NCBI RefSeq assembly: GCF_964213995.1
Contig: NC_135821.1
Location: forward strand, 4,960,001-5,024,000
From: Mustelus asterias
Taxonomy: Eukaryota
DNA: 64,000 nucleotides
Direction of reading: 5' to 3'
Shown here: piece after piece, positions 62,521 through 64,000 of the stretch
Layout: each line of letters begins with the position of its first letter
Numbering within the stretch: position 1 is the stretch's first letter
Program-made: the position numbers and the translations under genes
The notes under the pieces: generated by a model
Seen by the model: only the letters and a program-made list of their open reading frames with translations
Told to the model about the DNA's origin: nothing
The model's database searches: none

Positions 62521-63385
62521 TAAGTCTGATGGCAGCAGGGAAGAAGCTGTTCTTGAGTCGGTTGGTACGTGACCTCAGACTTTTGTATCTTTTTCCCGAT
62601 GGAAGAAGGTGGAAGAGAGAATGTCCGGGGTGCGTGGGGTCCTGAATTATGCTGGCTGCTTTTCGGAGGCAGTAGGAAGTGTAGACGGAGTCAATGGATG
62701 GGAGGCTGGTTTGCGTGATGGATTGGGCTACATTCACGACCTTTTGTAGTTCCTTGCAGTCTTGGGCAGAGCAGGAGCCATAACAAGCTGTGGTACAACC
62801 AGAAAGAATGCTTTCTATGGTGCATCTGTAAAGGTTGGTGAGAGTCATAGCTGATATGCCAAATTTCCTTTGACTTCTGAGAAAGTAGAGGTGTTGGTGG
62901 GATTTCTTAACTATAGTGTCGGCATGAGGGGACCAGGACAGGTTGTTGGTGATCTGGACACCTAAAAACCTGGAGCTCTCGACCCTTTTTACTTCGTCCC
63001 CATTGATGTAGACAGGGGCATGTTCTCCACTACGCTTCCTGAAGTCGATGACTATCTCCTTCATTTTGTTATGATGTGGAGATGCCGGCGTTGGACTGGG
63101 GTGGACACAGTAAGAAGTCTCACAACACCAGGTTAAAGTCCAACAGGTTTATTTGCAATCACGAGCTTTCGGAGTGCCGCTCCTTCCTCAGGTGAGTGAC
63201 CCACCTGATGAAGGAGCAGCACCCCGAAAGCTCGTGATTGCAAATAAACCCGTTGGACTTCATTTTGCCGACATTGAGGGAGAGATTATTGCCGTTGCGC
63301 CAGTTCGCCAGATCCTCTTTCCTCTACTCCGTCTCATCGTTGTTTGAGATCCGACCCCCTACGGTTGTGTCGTCAGTAAATTTGT
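62521..63385 (-). mobile_element. Rex1/Babar-type LINE fragment interrupted by a Penelope fold-back piece
   Basis: KEIVIDFR...FLGVQIT...RTNRLKNSFFPAAIRL; related 3' ends at 9580-9930, 39030-39500, 57270-57575 and 61120-61290. Confidence 0.82.
63069..63257. mobile_element. Penelope terminal-repeat palindrome with two opposed hammerhead-like motifs
   Basis: 10-bp duplication CTTCATTTTG at 63059-63068 and 63258-63267; arms about 63137-63194 and 63202-63260. Confidence 0.8.
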
Positions 63386-63662
63386 GAGTGGATTGGAGCG
63401 GGATTTGGTTGCACAGGGATGCGATAACAAGGCTTATCAGGGGTGTAACAGCTGAGGTCCCGCAGTAAGCCTGATGGGCTGGTTGCTGGGGTTGGCAATC
63501 AGCAAGGAGCGAAACATCTTATACCCTCCCTTTACTGTGTTACCATGATAAACCGAGTGCATCCCGAACTCTGTCACCCCACCCCCCCCCCCCCAGGCCG
63601 GGAGACGAGACAGTTTCCTGCGTTAGTTGAAATAGAGAACAGGCTGGGTTACTGTGTGGAGG

Positions 63663-63764
63663 ATGCAGTCGCAGGTGAGACAGAACTTTCACCCGGACAC
63701 CGAGACAGCCATCAACAAACTTATCAGCCTCGAGTACTACACCTCATATGTGTACCTCGCCATG
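63663..63764 (+). CDS. Ferritin gene D exon 1 ([34 protein letters not shown]); rest beyond the window
   Basis: aggATG start, 34 codons ending at the conserved Met, GTaaac donor at 63765; not in the ORF track. Confidence 0.9.
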
Positions 63765-64000
63765 GTAAACTGAAACTCTAACCATCTTTGACACCGAGTA
63801 GAATGTGGCCTTGATGAGACATTGCCTGGTAAAACGTAACACTGCCCCAGAGTGCTTTCCAAAATAGTCTCTCGACTTGGAACCTCTGTCTGTGATCATG
63901 CGGTCATAAATATTGCTGCTAATTTGGTTTGGTTTCAGGGGAATATCAGTTTCTTTTCGTTGTGTTAATGTAATAGGTGGGAATGGGAGTCAAGATGGAA

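Overview
Repeat-dense vertebrate DNA, almost certainly from a shark or ray, judging by HE1-type V-SINEs, SacSINE1/DeuSINE-like SINEs, and CR1, Rex1/Babar and Penelope fragments. Two assembly gaps of about 200 N are present. The genes form a cluster of four ferritin paralogs sharing the vertebrate 4-exon, phase-0 structure. Gene A (minus, exons 1-2 only, rest off the left edge) has an altered ferroxidase site and no visible IRE. Gene B (plus, complete, 221 aa) has an Arg-rich, acid-free N-terminal extension of about 45 aa that looks like a mitochondrial presequence, a CpG-rich promoter with four YY1 motifs, and no IRE. Gene C (minus, complete, 176 aa) is a heavy-chain ferritin with a textbook IRE and a TATA/GC/ARE/CCAAT promoter. 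Gene D (plus, exon 1 only, at the right edge) is divergent. Other notable items are a dead copy of gene B exon 2 split by a solo LTR, a decayed IRE upstream of gene B, a structured poly(A)-tailed insertion headed by U2 snRNA nt 1-39, Penelope hammerhead-like motifs, a 0.6-kb inverted duplication and several minisatellites. Most ORFs in the supplied track are artefacts of SINEs and tandem repeats. All calls were made by eye, with no database search.
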